Shown here piece by piece: positions 22,224 to 33,563 of a stretch of DNA of 64,000 nucleotides. The notes beneath the pieces are model-generated. The model saw nothing but the letters and a program-made list of their open reading frames with translations. It did not search any database and was not told the DNA's origin. The DNA comes from Nitrospinaceae bacterium (lineage in GTDB: Bacteria > Nitrospinota > Nitrospinia > Nitrospinales > Nitrospinaceae). The DNA lies in assembly GCA_965223665.1 (NCBI GenBank), contig OZ245011.1:1184001-1248000 (forward strand), written 5' to 3'. How positions within the stretch are numbered: the stretch's first letter is position 1; every line of letters begins with the position of its first letter. The position numbers and the translations under genes are program-made.

Positions 22224-24213
22224 ATGAAAATCAAATTTGATTTTATCTTTTTAATAGCAATTTTGTTGGGTTCCCCTGCTCTAGCCTATTCAAGTGAAGC
22301 CTTTAACCTTTGGGCTCCCCCAAACAATATACAGGAAGACAAAGAAATTGATGAACTGCTTAGCCTAGATTTAGAAGACTTATTGGTTACCGTTGCTTCG
22401 AAAAAGGAAGAAAAAATTCGTAATGCTCCAGGAATAATTACAGTCGTCACTGCTGAAGAAATAAAAAAATACGGTTATACCAATTTAAGAGATATTTTGG
22501 ACCGACAAACCAGTCTTTTAATCTCCGGAGCCCATGTTTACAAAATAGGTCGGTCCAATCTGCGGGGTGTTTCTCAGGGAATCGTTGATGACAGCATCTT
22601 GATTCTACTCAATGGAAGACCCATTCGAGAGGCAGGAAGTACCGGGTTCAACTACGATATTTATTCCGGATTTCCGGTGGAAGCCATCAAACAAATCGAA
22701 TTGATCCGTGGACCAGGCTCCGTTATTTATGGCACTAATGCCATGGCAGGAGTGATAAATATTGTAACCAAGAAAAACCATGATCAGTTGGAAGTCAGTT
22801 CTTCTTTAAGTTACGGTTCTTATGGCAGAAAACAATTAACTCTCAATGGAGGTGGACCTTTAGGCCCTGTACAATTTTACTCGGCTATCAATCTTCTTGA
22901 TGATGAAGACAATGTTTCTTTCCCAGGGTTTAGAACGGAATCAGGCCAACCCGGCCCTTATCCATTTGGAGCCAAAAACTATCAGGGAGTAGTCACTGCT
23001 CAATGGAAAGGCTTAAAGGTCAATGGTTACTTTTCGAAATTGGACACCTCCATTTTTCCAATCCAGGTAATAAATTCCCCAATCACTCCTTTTGGAATCA
23101 GACGTGCCTATATTGATATTGGCTACGTTAAACCTAAACGAAGACTGGTCTATTTCTGTTAACGGTTTATATCATTTCCATACCCTCCGATCCTTATTTC
23201 TTTCACATACTCTTGTATTTGGTCAAGAAACAGTCAATCAACTTGCAGAAGTTTCGATTAAGGGAAGAGTTTTTCAAAATACCCATCTCCTCTTCGGTGG
23301 AATTTACGATAACCAACAAGGAGACTTTAAAATTGATCCCATCAATTTTACTGGGGATTGGAATATAACCAACTACGGCATCTATTCACAATTAGATCAT
23401 CAATTGTTCGATTGGTTAAAGATCGTCGCAGGTCTTCAATTCAACAAACGCGAAGGCGGGAGCAATCGCCTTTCACCTCGGGTAGGCGTAATTTTTCAAT
23501 TCAATAGGAATTGGGGAGCAAAGGTCCTGTATGGAGAAGCGTTTCGATCTCCCGTAGCCCAGGAATTACAATCGGTGGTTCCACCCTTTGGCAATCCAAA
23601 CTTAAAACCGGAGTCTATTCAGACCTTTGATGTTCAAGTGAATTACAAAAACCAACGAGCTCAAGGAGCCATCACCTATTTCACCAGTCTGCAAAAAGAT
23701 ATTATTACCGGAACTACTCTCTTTCAGAATATGGGTGAAATTCGATTCCATGGTGTGGAGTTTGAGGGGAAACTACAACTAACCCAGGAACTCAGCTTTT
23801 TGGGAAACTTTAGTTTTCAAATCAATAAAGACACTATTACAGGCCAAAGCAATGCTACCATCCCTCCCAGCTGGATGGCGAAATTTGGATTCAGTTATGA
23901 ATGTGAAAGGGGAGTTAGCCTAAGTGTCTTTAACAGTTACTTTGGGGAACCCACTCAAAATAGTGAATTATTAAGCGGGGTGATGAATATTAACCCTAAC
24001 GCGGATGCCTATAATTTATTAACCGCTAATATTATACTTGAGATGGGAAAAGTATTAGAAGATCCTAGATTCGATTTCCTAAATTTGTCTCTCTATATGG
24101 ACAACTTGTTAGATGAAGATATCTATTACACCAGCACCCGAAAAAGAACTTTTAACACCCTACCCCACCATTTAGGTCGCGGTTTCTATGGAAAAGTCAC
24201 ACTGAACTTTTAA
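22224..24213 (+). pseudogene. TonB-dependent receptor interrupted by a frameshift near 23127
   Basis: ORF 22224-23162 carries the plug (IELIRGPGSVIYG..GVINIVTK) and ORF 23092-24213 carries the barrel ending in C-terminal F. Joined, they are about the length of the intact paralogue downstream and collinear with it. Confidence 0.8.
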
Positions 24214-24591
24214 TCTGAAATGAAATAGTTACTTGTAGTTGCTCAAGGAAACTTTCTTTCCCTTCCCTCTTTGCTGGTTTTTTCCGTTTATGATAATGGG
24301 ACATTTTTTTAGTTTTCCTATTTCAAAAAATTAAGCTAAACCTAAAATTCTCCCACTAATTAAACAAAACCAAACTACCATAAAAAAAGAGTGATCTCTG
24401 TTTTCTATTGATATTTCAAATAATTGAATTACTCTTAAGCGAAGTGAGACAGGGAGTTTTCTTGCTGGATTTGTTAACTTTCTTTTCTAAAAAACAAATA
24501 GGGGCGATTCCAATTTCTAAATATTCAATTTAGTATTGATTAATAACATTTTACAAAAAAAACCGCTGCAATTTGGACGTAGATTTTTATC

Positions 24592-26568
24592 ATGAAAATC
24601 CAGTCTATCCTTTCATTAATATTTCTAACATTCCTTTTCGTTCTATTTTCCACCCCATTAGGTTGGGCGGAGAAACCTGTGAATGTAACCAGTCTGCAGG
24701 ATGAAGAGCTCGAAACCTTATTAGATCTGGACATAGAAAGCCTGAAGGTTTTTGCCGCCTCTCGACGTGAACAAAAATTCCGGGATGCTCCGGGGATTGT
24801 GACCGTCATTACCGGGGAGGAAATCACCCGGTTTGGTGCTAATACGTTGCACGATGTTCTTTTTCGCCAGCCCAACACTTATGTGTATGGTTCTGTTAGC
24901 GTTCCCGATAATTTTGTTTCACTTCGCGGTGTGGCCGGATTAGGCGGACTGGCCAACCATACCCTCCTTCTGATTAATGGTCGTCCGGTAAGAAGCAGTC
25001 TCGATGGTGGACCGGGAATGCTTTTTTTTCACACCCTACCTGCGGAACTAATCGATCGAATAGAAATCATTCGAGGTCCTGGATCCGTACTTTATGGCAG
25101 TGGAGCTTTTGGCGGTACTATCAACATCGTTACTAAAGGGGCTTCCGAAGAAGAACGGCATTTATTCACTCAGGGTTACGGATCATTCAATACCTGGCAG
25201 ACCTCCGGATTCTTCAGCAAAATTATCAACGATTTTGAATTTGTGATTTCCGGAAAATATTTCGATACCAACGGTTGGAAATACCAAATGACCGATGCCA
25301 CAGGATTCAACGGCACCGTTAATCAAAATCGAGATCGTTATGGCATTTGGGGACAAATGAAATACAAAAGACTCACCGTATCCGCCTTTTTTGGTGATCG
25401 CAAAGAAACAGTTCCGGGAATTTCCGGTACCTGGCCACAGGATGAAAACCAGGATGAAACCGTATTTCTCGATATCCAATACGATCATCCCTTGTCTAAT
25501 AATTGGCGAATACAAACTAATATTACTTATAACGGAATTATCATTCCACCAAGCAGTTTAGACGTTGATCCCAAAAGCCGGCACCACGATTTTTTGTTTG
25601 AGGCTGATTTATTCGGATCGATGTTTGATGAAACAGTCAATATTGTCCTGGGCACCACTTATCAAAGCTTAAACGGCAAATTTATTCAGGTAGGAGTTCC
25701 CAGCAACTCTTACCATAACGATTGGTTCACATTTTATACTCAGGTGGATTACCAGCCCTGGGATTTCCTGACATTCATTGCCGGCGTCCAGGTCAACAAA
25801 ACTCCCAGTGTGGAAGAGAATTATTCGCCACGATTTGGAATCCTCTTTAACCCCGACCCACAATGGGGTGTAAAATTATTATATGGAAGGGCTTTTCGAT
25901 CTGCTTCTGGAATAGAGCAGGCCATCATTATTCCTGGTGCGTTGGTGGGCAATCCTCAATTAGGTCCCGAGAAAATCAATACCTTTGATGCCCAAATCTA
26001 TTACAACGCTCCAAGAGGCAATGCTTCCCTCACTTACTATAAAAGTAAACAAACCGATTCTGTGACGGTGGTTGCACCGGGCGGCATTCTTTCCTTTGCC
26101 AATGGCGGGGATGTTGATTTTTGGGGTCTGGAATTCGAGGGAAAACTGAATATATATTCCGGTTGGCAATTGATCGGCTCTGTCACTTATCAGGAAAACG
26201 AAGATTCTACTGGAGCTGAGGTCGGATTGATTCCAAACTTTATGGCCAAGGCCGGACTGTCTTACACTTCTCCCAGAGGTTATTCCCTGGGAATTTTTGA
26301 TACCTATTTTAGTAATGCCGTCTCGTTGCCGGGAACTTTAAATGTCAATCCCCCGGCAGATTCCTACAATTGGCTTTCCGCTAACTTTATTTTTGACGTG
26401 CCGCGATTAGCTAATAACTACGACTTCCCCGATATTAAACTGAGTCTCTATGCTGAAAACCTTTTAAACGAAGAAGTGTTCTTTCCGGAATGGATTAACC
26501 GAGTCGTTAACACCTTCCCCCTCCGCGGAGGTATTGCCGTGTATGGGAATGTGACTTTAAATTTCTAA
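24592..26568 (+). CDS. TonB-dependent outer-membrane receptor
   Basis: Signal peptide; LLDLDIESL N-terminus; plug motif IDRIEIIRGPGSVLYG..GTINIVTK; YGRAFRS and ENLLNE; terminal YGNVTLNF. Confidence 0.92.
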   Translation: MKIQSILSLIFLTFLFVLFSTPLGWAEKPVNVTSLQDEELETLLDLDIESLKVFAASRREQKFRDAPGIVTVITGEEITRFGANTLHDVLFRQPNTYVYGSVSVPDNFVSLRGVAGLGGLANHTLLLINGRPVRSSLDGGPGMLFFHTLPAELIDRIEIIRGPGSVLYGSGAFGGTINIVTKGASEEERHLFTQGYGSFNTWQTSGFFSKIINDFEFVISGKYFDTNGWKYQMTDATGFNGTVNQNRDRYGIWGQMKYKRLTVSAFFGDRKETVPGISGTWPQDENQDETVFLDIQYDHPLSNNWRIQTNITYNGIIIPPSSLDVDPKSRHHDFLFEADLFGSMFDETVNIVLGTTYQSLNGKFIQVGVPSNSYHNDWFTFYTQVDYQPWDFLTFIAGVQVNKTPSVEENYSPRFGILFNPDPQWGVKLLYGRAFRSASGIEQAIIIPGALVGNPQLGPEKINTFDAQIYYNAPRGNASLTYYKSKQTDSVTVVAPGGILSFANGGDVDFWGLEFEGKLNIYSGWQLIGSVTYQENEDSTGAEVGLIPNFMAKAGLSYTSPRGYSLGIFDTYFSNAVSLPGTLNVNPPADSYNWLSANFIFDVPRLANNYDFPDIKLSLYAENLLNEEVFFPEWINRVVNTFPLRGGIAVYGNVTLNF

Positions 26569-26580
26569 AAACTTCTTTGA

Positions 26581-27675
26581 TTACCAAGCCCAGGAAACGG
26601 TAATGGAACCAAATTCGTCGAGCTCTTTTTGGTTATTGAATTCTTCGGTTCGAAAGACATTGGAGAAGGCAATTCGAAATTGCGAAATGACTAACACAAA
26701 ACCCAAATGAAGGTCCCCGACAAAATATTTTTTGTCGACACTGTGACTGGTAGCAAAAGTATTACCATCGAGAAAAATATTATGAATCACTGCCCTGCCC
26801 TCAAGTCCTGCGAACAAGTACCAACTCACTAAACGATCGCCTTCCCCGGGAATAAAAAAATCTGACCCCTGGGCACCGGGTCGAATGCGCGGAGGACCAT
26901 AATCTTTTGGAAGGTTCACTCCCAGGCGAAGGGTTGCCCCTGCAGAAAAATAATTCATTACATTTCCCGCAGCCGTACCGACACTGGGTAAAATATCCAG
27001 CTCTAACCCCTGCTTCCAGGGTTGAAGCTGCTCAAACAGCCACTTTAACTCCAGGTTAATTAAAATACCCGGCTCATTGTCCAACTGATTGTTCCATCCT
27101 CTTGGGCGAGGCGAGTCGATGATTTTATGCACCCGCAATTGAGCATCGTCTGCAAACGATAAAGGACCCACCACTCCAAGGTCAACTTCTAAAGACACGA
27201 AAGAAGCTCCATAACTTGTATTTTCCTGTTTCACCAACCCAATTCCAAAATATAGCCAACCTGCATAAGGCCTGTCATCGATAATTAAGCTCGGAGTGGT
27301 AATGTTTTCAGGAGTAAAAATATTTTGCCCGAGTATAAAGCTTACTCCCTTCGCGCCAAATCCTTCATCAGATATCATTCTATGGAACCAGCTTTTGGTA
27401 GGCTCAATTTCGAAATTGCTGCCCAACTCGTTACATTTGGACTTATTCGTAACCTTTTTCTTTAACTCTACATAAGACAGGCGGGTTCCGTGGGTGAAAT
27501 GTTTATCTGCACCCCCTCCAAAGAGATCATTCTCTAAAGTAACATTCAGTGCCCTTAGTTTTTCAAAACAGGGACCTGAGATTGGTTCAGCTTTCCCTTC
27601 ACTAACCATCCCCAAGGCTACTAAAAAAAAGATTCCTAAGTAGAGTAGGTTAAAAAAGTGAGCTTTTTTGAGCAC
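26581..27675 (-). CDS. lpxR: Lipid A 3'-O-deacylase LpxR family (DUF2219) outer-membrane protein
   Basis: ENDLF..DKHFTHG, GQNIFTP, DRPYAGWLY, GWNNQL and NIFLDGNTF motifs; terminal W; GTG start with SD AAGGAG. Confidence 0.8.
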   Translation of the reverse strand: MLKKAHFFNLLYLGIFFLVALGMVSEGKAEPISGPCFEKLRALNVTLENDLFGGGADKHFTHGTRLSYVELKKKVTNKSKCNELGSNFEIEPTKSWFHRMISDEGFGAKGVSFILGQNIFTPENITTPSLIIDDRPYAGWLYFGIGLVKQENTSYGASFVSLEVDLGVVGPLSFADDAQLRVHKIIDSPRPRGWNNQLDNEPGILINLELKWLFEQLQPWKQGLELDILPSVGTAAGNVMNYFSAGATLRLGVNLPKDYGPPRIRPGAQGSDFFIPGEGDRLVSWYLFAGLEGRAVIHNIFLDGNTFATSHSVDKKYFVGDLHLGFVLVISQFRIAFSNVFRTEEFNNQKELDEFGSITVSWAW

Positions 27676-28050
27676 TTAATCTCCTTTTACGGAATAGGAA
27701 AAATAAAAATAGAAAAACAATAGAAGTTAAGTATTTGAAAAAAATAGGACTTTTCAATCGTCCTTTCATGGGACCCGCCTATTTTAATTAAAAGCCCTTT
27801 CCGAGTCCAATATTTATCAATTGTCCGAAAACTTGTAAAAGTTTTTTACTCTACCCCCCCCAAGCAGAATATTATCAGTTCCAAAATACTTGAAAACAGA
27901 TAACCCTCGTAGCCCCATAAAAAATTATGGAAAATGTTTCTTTTATTTAGTCCAAAATTCCAAGATTTTTGAGTTTAATTCGATTTTATTCTTTTCTTAA
28001 AAGTGGAACCCCCTAAACCCCTTAATCCTCTTAATTTTAACGCTTTTTCA

Positions 28051-28079
28051 TTGACAACTCAGGGTGCATAGAGTAGTAT
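28051..28079 (+). promoter_or_regulatory. Candidate sigma70 promoter of the nuo operon
   Basis: TTGACA-17 nt-TAGTAT, followed by a GC-rich discriminator (CGCGCG). Confidence 0.6.
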
Positions 28080-28247
28080 CGCGCGTCACATTTTCCTGCA
28101 TTTTCCACGTCATAAACCGTGGAAATGATATTAAAGAAACAGTGGTTTTTAAATGAATTACAGGTTAGAATCCACTTTTTTCCAGGTTCGCAGAACCTGA
28201 TCACAAGCTTTTATTAAAACCTTCATGTAAGAGGCCATCAGGAAGTC

Positions 28248-28601
28248 ATGGAGTCGTACATAGGCGCAGCCATTTTGTTTTTTATAGCAGTCGCTATCGC
28301 TGTTGGGATGGTTGTGGGAACTTCCTTTCTCGGGCCCAAGCGTAAATTCGCAGATAAAATGGAACCGTTTGAATGTGGAGAAAGCCAAATCGTTTCTCCT
28401 TACCAGCGGTTTTCCGTAAAATTCTACTTAGTTGCCGTTCTGTTCATTCTTTTCGATATTGAAGCCGTTTTTTTGTTTCCCTGGGCCATTCTATATAAGC
28501 AATTGGGGTTATTTGGCCTCGTTGAAATGATTCTTTTCCTAATAATTTTAGGAGTAGGACTCATGTATGTTTGGATACGAGGCGGATTGGATTGGGAATA
28601 A
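28248..28601 (+). CDS. nuoA: NADH-quinone oxidoreductase subunit A
   Basis: KMEPFECG, KFYLVAVLFILFDIEAVFLFPWA, GGLDWE. Confidence 0.95.
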   Translation: MESYIGAAILFFIAVAIAVGMVVGTSFLGPKRKFADKMEPFECGESQIVSPYQRFSVKFYLVAVLFILFDIEAVFLFPWAILYKQLGLFGLVEMILFLIILGVGLMYVWIRGGLDWE

Positions 28602-28611
28602 TATTCATAGT

Positions 28612-29097
28612 ATGAGTGAAACTTCATTAATAGATAAAGTAAAAGCAAAATTTGGGGATAAAGTCCTGGAGTCCCATGACTTTAGAGGAGACCAAACTGT
28701 TACCGTTGATAAAGAAATCGGGTTTGCGGTGGCCGAATTTCTCAAAGACGAACCCTCTTTGGACATGGATATATTAATGGACCTTACGGCCGTTGATTAT
28801 TTAAACAAAAAGCCCGTACGGTTTGAGGTGGTATATCATTATTATTCTTTAAAACATAACCACCGTCTTCGAGTAAAGATCCCCGTAGCTGAAGATGATT
28901 GTATAGTCGATTCTTTGGTTCCTTTATATAAATCATCGAATTGGTTTGAGCGGGAAGTATGGGACCTTTATGGAATTAAATTTAAAGGACACCCCAACTT
29001 AAAACGGATTCTATTATATGAGGGTTTTAAGGGACATCCTTTAAGGAAAGATTATCCCATTAATAAAAGGCAACCATTAATTGGACCTGTGAATTGA
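28612..29097 (+). CDS. nuoC: NADH-quinone oxidoreductase subunit C (stand-alone)
   Basis: DLTAVDY, RFEVVYH, NWFEREVWDLYGI, HPNLKRIL, GHPLRKDYP. Start moved to the ATG at 28612. Confidence 0.93.
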   Translation: MSETSLIDKVKAKFGDKVLESHDFRGDQTVTVDKEIGFAVAEFLKDEPSLDMDILMDLTAVDYLNKKPVRFEVVYHYYSLKHNHRLRVKIPVAEDDCIVDSLVPLYKSSNWFEREVWDLYGIKFKGHPNLKRILLYEGFKGHPLRKDYPINKRQPLIGPVN

Positions 29098-29111
29098 GGT
29101 AGTGAAGTAAA

Positions 29112-30188
29112 ATGTGGGTTGATTTAGCCATCACCATGGCAAAAATTCTTTTTATCCTTGGCGTCACCGTCGGTTTTTTTGCCCCTATTCTTACCTGGGT
29201 GGAACGCAAACAAAGTGCGATCATGCAAGACCGCATAGGAGCGAACCGTGCCGATATTATGGGATTCACGGCTTTGGGACTGTTTCACATAATGGCGGAT
29301 GGCCTGAAAATGTTCACTAAAGAAGATTTCATTCCTGATGGCGCAAACAAATTTTTACATACCTTAAGTCCGATCATTGCCTTAATCCCGGCTATTCTTA
29401 CTTTTGCTGTTGTTCCCTTTGGTGGTGAATACAATTTATTTGGTAAAGAAGTCAATCTCGTAATTTCTGACTTAGATGTTGGGCTCTTGTTTGTTTTTGC
29501 CATTGCATCTCTGGCGACCTATGGATACGTGGTTGCAGGGTGGAGTTCAAACAATAACTGGTCCCTGTTAGGCTCCATGAGAACTGCTTCGCAGATGGTT
29601 TCTTACGAAGTGACCATGGGCCTTACCATTATTGGAGTTTTAATGGTTTATGGATCAATGCAGCTTACAACTATTGGTGCTGAACAAGAAACCTTTTGGC
29701 GATGGGGAATTTTTCTGCAACCTTTAGGCTTTTTGATGTTTCTGGCAGCTTCTATCGCAGAAAATAAGCGCATTCCTTTTGATGCTCCAGAAGCGGAGTC
29801 AGAGTTGGTTGCAGGATATTTTACAGAATATAGTGGTCTTAAATTTGGCATGTTTTTCATGGCCGAATTTATTGAAATGGTAACCATCGGTGCAATCGTT
29901 ACCATTTTATTTTTTGGTGCTTGGCATATTCCTTTTGTTACCACAAAAGACTTATTGGATGTATTTGACTTTTTAGGAACTACCGGCTCTAACCTGGTTG
30001 TCATGTTGATTCATGTAGGTGTGTTTTTCGGGAAGGTAGTTATTTTTATATGGGTGCAAATGACCATTCGGTGGACACTTCCACGATTTCGTTACGATCA
30101 GATAATGAAATTAGGATGGAAAATCCTGTTACCTCTTTCTTTGGCCAATGTTGTTGTGACTGGAATCGTCATTTTGGCCTTAAATTAA
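29112..30188 (+). CDS. nuoH: NADH-quinone oxidoreductase subunit H
   Basis: ERKQSAIMQDRIG, ADGLKMFTKE, PFDAPEAESELVAGYFTEYSG, PRFRYDQ. Confidence 0.96.
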   Translation: MWVDLAITMAKILFILGVTVGFFAPILTWVERKQSAIMQDRIGANRADIMGFTALGLFHIMADGLKMFTKEDFIPDGANKFLHTLSPIIALIPAILTFAVVPFGGEYNLFGKEVNLVISDLDVGLLFVFAIASLATYGYVVAGWSSNNNWSLLGSMRTASQMVSYEVTMGLTIIGVLMVYGSMQLTTIGAEQETFWRWGIFLQPLGFLMFLAASIAENKRIPFDAPEAESELVAGYFTEYSGLKFGMFFMAEFIEMVTIGAIVTILFFGAWHIPFVTTKDLLDVFDFLGTTGSNLVVMLIHVGVFFGKVVIFIWVQMTIRWTLPRFRYDQIMKLGWKILLPLSLANVVVTGIVILALN

Positions 30189-30200
30189 AGGAGTTTTATT

Positions 30201-30770
30201 ATGGCTTACTACGTCAATCGCAATGTCAAAATGACGTGGTGGGAGCGACTATATATCCCTGAAATTTTTCGGGGAATGTGGATTACATCACGACATTTTT
30301 TTAAGAATTTATTAGGATTTGTTCCTTTTTTTCTCGGTAAAAAAAAGGACCGCGAAATTTTTACAGTTTACTATCCGGAAGAAACTGTTGAGTTTCCAAT
30401 TGCATATCGTGGCCGACCAGTTTTAGCGTTGAATGAGCACAACCGACCCAATTGTGTTGCCTGCGGATTATGCGAAATTGCTTGCCCGGCTTATTGTATC
30501 GATATCATACCGGGTGCAAACAGTGGAAAACAAAACGAAGTCGAAAGGTATCCTGAGGCATTTACCATTGATTATGCGGTTTGCATATTTTGTGGTTTTT
30601 GTGAAGAAGCCTGCCCGGAAGAAGCAATTTTCATGAGTAACAGTTATGACATTTCCATGCTTGACAGAAAAAAAATGAAATACGATATGGAGCAACTTCT
30701 TGTTCCTGTATCTGAATTAAAAGAACGAATGGAATTTTGTAGACAAATGTACGGAAAATGGAACTACTAG
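30201..30770 (+). CDS. nuoI: NADH-quinone oxidoreductase subunit I
   Basis: Two 4Fe-4S motifs, CVACGLCEIACP and CIFCGFCEEACP. Confidence 0.93.
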   Translation: MAYYVNRNVKMTWWERLYIPEIFRGMWITSRHFFKNLLGFVPFFLGKKKDREIFTVYYPEETVEFPIAYRGRPVLALNEHNRPNCVACGLCEIACPAYCIDIIPGANSGKQNEVERYPEAFTIDYAVCIFCGFCEEACPEEAIFMSNSYDISMLDRKKMKYDMEQLLVPVSELKERMEFCRQMYGKWNY

Positions 30771-31264
30771 TATTTTATCCCTTAGCTTTTTTATGCATTG
30801 TCATGGCTTTGTTAGTGGTATTTAACAACAGTCCCATTGGCTCAGCTGTGTCCTTAATTGCAATGATGCTTGGTTTGGCAGGTGTGTTTGTTGTGATGCA
30901 CGCTCATTTCCTCGCCATCCTTCAGGTCATAATTTATGCTGGGGCGATCATGGTTCTTTTTATGTTTGTCATCATGCTCCTGAACTTAAAAGGTGATGAT
31001 AAAGAATGGACAGCTAGGGAAGGGAATTTAACTTTATCCATTGCAGCCGGTTTATTAATGGTAACAGTTTTATATAAATTTATAGAAATTACCATGGACT
31101 CAGATTTCAATTCGCCGGCAAAAATTCCTGATGATTTTGGTACCACAGTTAAAGTGGGTACATCCTTATTTACAGATTTTGTGTTGCCGTTTGAGGTGGC
31201 TTCTATTCTTTTACTTGCAGCTATGGTCGGTGCAGTAGTGCTTGCTAAAACAAAATTGGATTAA
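30758..31264 (+). CDS. nuoJ: NADH-quinone oxidoreductase subunit J
   Basis: [37 protein letters not shown]. Confidence 0.95.
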   Translation: MELLVFYPLAFLCIVMALLVVFNNSPIGSAVSLIAMMLGLAGVFVVMHAHFLAILQVIIYAGAIMVLFMFVIMLLNLKGDDKEWTAREGNLTLSIAAGLLMVTVLYKFIEITMDSDFNSPAKIPDDFGTTVKVGTSLFTDFVLPFEVASILLLAAMVGAVVLAKTKLD

Positions 31265-31266
31265 AC

Positions 31267-31569
31267 ATGATTCCTCTTTCACATTATTTAATATTGAGCG
31301 CAATTTTATTTTCAATCGGGGTCTTAGGCGTTTTGATCCGTCGAAATGCAATTGTTGTGTTCATGTGTGTCGAGATCATGTTAAACGCCGTCAACATATC
31401 CTTAATTGCATTTGATAATTACCTCAATCAACACGACGGACAGATTTTTAGTTTCATGGTGATGTGTGTTGCAGCGGCAGAAGTTTCCGTTGGTTTAGCT
31501 ATCGTTATCGCTTTGTTCCGCAACAAACCAACAGTGAACTTAGATGAATTTAACCTGATGAAGTGGTAA
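31267..31569 (+). CDS. nuoK: NADH-quinone oxidoreductase subunit K
   Basis: [29 protein letters not shown]. Confidence 0.96.
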   Translation: MIPLSHYLILSAILFSIGVLGVLIRRNAIVVFMCVEIMLNAVNISLIAFDNYLNQHDGQIFSFMVMCVAAAEVSVGLAIVIALFRNKPTVNLDEFNLMKW

Positions 31570-31576
31570 AGAAAGA

Positions 31577-33553
31577 ATGAATTTTTTCGCAAACTTGGCT
31601 TTTCTGGTTCCGCTTTTTCCATTGTTGGGATCTATTATCAATGGATTTTTCGGACTCAAAATTGGAAAAAGAAATGTAAGCATCATTGCCTGCGGCGGAC
31701 CCATATTATCTTTCGTCGTGACTCTTATTTTATGGGTCATGCTGTTATTTCATCCGGAAGGAACCCCCTACCCTGAGCAAGTATTATTTACCTGGATCTC
31801 CGCTGGAGATTTTAACGTAGATTTTGGTTTTCAAATTGATCCTCTTTCCATGGTCATGATGATGGTGGTTACAGGCGTTGGTTCTGTAATCCACGTTTAC
31901 TCAATTGGCTATATGTATGAGGAATACAGCTACTACCGATACTTTGCCTATTTAAACCTCTTCCTCTTTTCAATGCTTCTTTTAGTCATGGGAAATAATT
32001 TTCTCCTGATGTTTATCGGCTGGGAAGGGGTTGGAGTTTGTTCTTATTTTCTTATTGGTTATTACTTTGAAAAAAAATCTGCATGCGATGCGGGAGTCAA
32101 AGCGTTTGTGGTAAACCGCATTGGAGACTTTGCCTTTTTAATAGGTATCTTTTTCATTTTCAGAGAATTTGGAACCATTGATTACACCTCGGTTTTTGCT
32201 GAAGCTCCCAGTAAATTAATTTATGGTGGTGAAACAGTCACCCTGATTACTTTAGCTTTATTTATTGGGGCTACCGGTAAATCTGCACAGATCCCCTTAT
32301 ACACCTGGCTACCCGATGCAATGGAAGGACCTACTCCTGTAAGTGCACTCATCCATGCGGCAACCATGGTAACCGCAGGCGTTTATATGGTGGTTCGATG
32401 TAGTGTGTTATTTAACATGGCTCCTATTACGATGATGATAGTGGCGTTGATAGGTGGAGGAACTGCCTTATTCGCAGCAACTATAGGAACCTGCCAATAC
32501 GATATCAAGAGAGTCCTTGCTTACTCCACTGTCAGTCAAATTGGCTATATGTTTTTAGCTTGTGGAGTTGGCGCATATACAGCAGCTATTTTTCACCTGG
32601 TAACCCACGCGTTTTTTAAAGCATGCTTATTTTTGGGATCAGGCAGTGTTATTCATGGTATGCACCATGAACAAGACATCCGCAAAATGGGCGGACTAAA
32701 AGACCACTTCCCGATTACATATATAACTTTTTTAGTTTCAACAATTGCTATAGCAGGAATCTTTCCTTTTTCAGGGTTCTTTAGTAAAGACGAAATTCTT
32801 TATCATGCCCTTATGGACGGCAACGTAATTTATTGGGGAATGGGAGTAACGGGTGCATTCATCACAGCATTTTATATGTTCCGATTGGTGTTTTTAACTT
32901 TCCATGGACCATCTAATGTAGATCCACATGTTCACCCGCACGAGTCGCCACCAGTAATGACAATCCCATTAATTATTCTAGCAGGTTTAGCGCTTTTTGG
33001 AGGATTGCTTGGAATTCCTCTAATTCACGGTTGGCATATCCTGCACAATTGGCTGGAACCAGTCCTCCAGTTTGACTGGGCAACCATGTTACATAACTCC
33101 GAGGTAATGCTTGCAGAGCATGGTCACCATACCACTTTTGCAGAAGTCCTTCATGAACATGGGGAACACCATCCTAATATTTGGGTGGAAATTGGCTTAA
33201 TGATTTTTTCAGTCTGTGTGGCATTGGCAGGTATCTTCACAGCATATATCTTCTATATTAAAAAACCTCACCTACCGGAAAAACTTTCCAAAGGTCAGTG
33301 GGGCTTCGATTTAGTTCAACAAAAATACCTGGTTGACGAAATCTACGATGAAACAGTTGTAAAACCTATCATGAAGGGTTCGTATTTATTATGGAAAGAA
33401 GCAGACGCTAAGGGAGTAGATGGCGCTGTTAATGGTGTAGGTCAAGTAATTCGTTGGATAAGTAAACAGGCACAAGCATTCCAATCCGGGTTTGTTCGTA
33501 ATTACGCTATGTTTATGGTGGTGGGTTTTATTTTATTATTGATCATAATTTAA
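31577..33553 (+). CDS. nuoL: NADH-quinone oxidoreductase subunit L
   Basis: [49 protein letters not shown]. Confidence 0.96.
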   Translation: MNFFANLAFLVPLFPLLGSIINGFFGLKIGKRNVSIIACGGPILSFVVTLILWVMLLFHPEGTPYPEQVLFTWISAGDFNVDFGFQIDPLSMVMMMVVTGVGSVIHVYSIGYMYEEYSYYRYFAYLNLFLFSMLLLVMGNNFLLMFIGWEGVGVCSYFLIGYYFEKKSACDAGVKAFVVNRIGDFAFLIGIFFIFREFGTIDYTSVFAEAPSKLIYGGETVTLITLALFIGATGKSAQIPLYTWLPDAMEGPTPVSALIHAATMVTAGVYMVVRCSVLFNMAPITMMIVALIGGGTALFAATIGTCQYDIKRVLAYSTVSQIGYMFLACGVGAYTAAIFHLVTHAFFKACLFLGSGSVIHGMHHEQDIRKMGGLKDHFPITYITFLVSTIAIAGIFPFSGFFSKDEILYHALMDGNVIYWGMGVTGAFITAFYMFRLVFLTFHGPSNVDPHVHPHESPPVMTIPLIILAGLALFGGLLGIPLIHGWHILHNWLEPVLQFDWATMLHNSEVMLAEHGHHTTFAEVLHEHGEHHPNIWVEIGLMIFSVCVALAGIFTAYIFYIKKPHLPEKLSKGQWGFDLVQQKYLVDEIYDETVVKPIMKGSYLLWKEADAKGVDGAVNGVGQVIRWISKQAQAFQSGFVRNYAMFMVVGFILLLIII

Positions 33554-33563
33554 CAGGGAAAAG

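Noticed and set aside
17500-28000. Integrative element or prophage downstream of the rRNA operon
   Set aside because: No integrase, transposase, phage gene or flanking att-like repeat was found; the signs of variability are only indirect.
33100-33180. His-rich insert in NuoL (EHGHH..HEHGEHH)
   Set aside because: His-rich loops at this position are common in NuoL and are not distinctive on their own.
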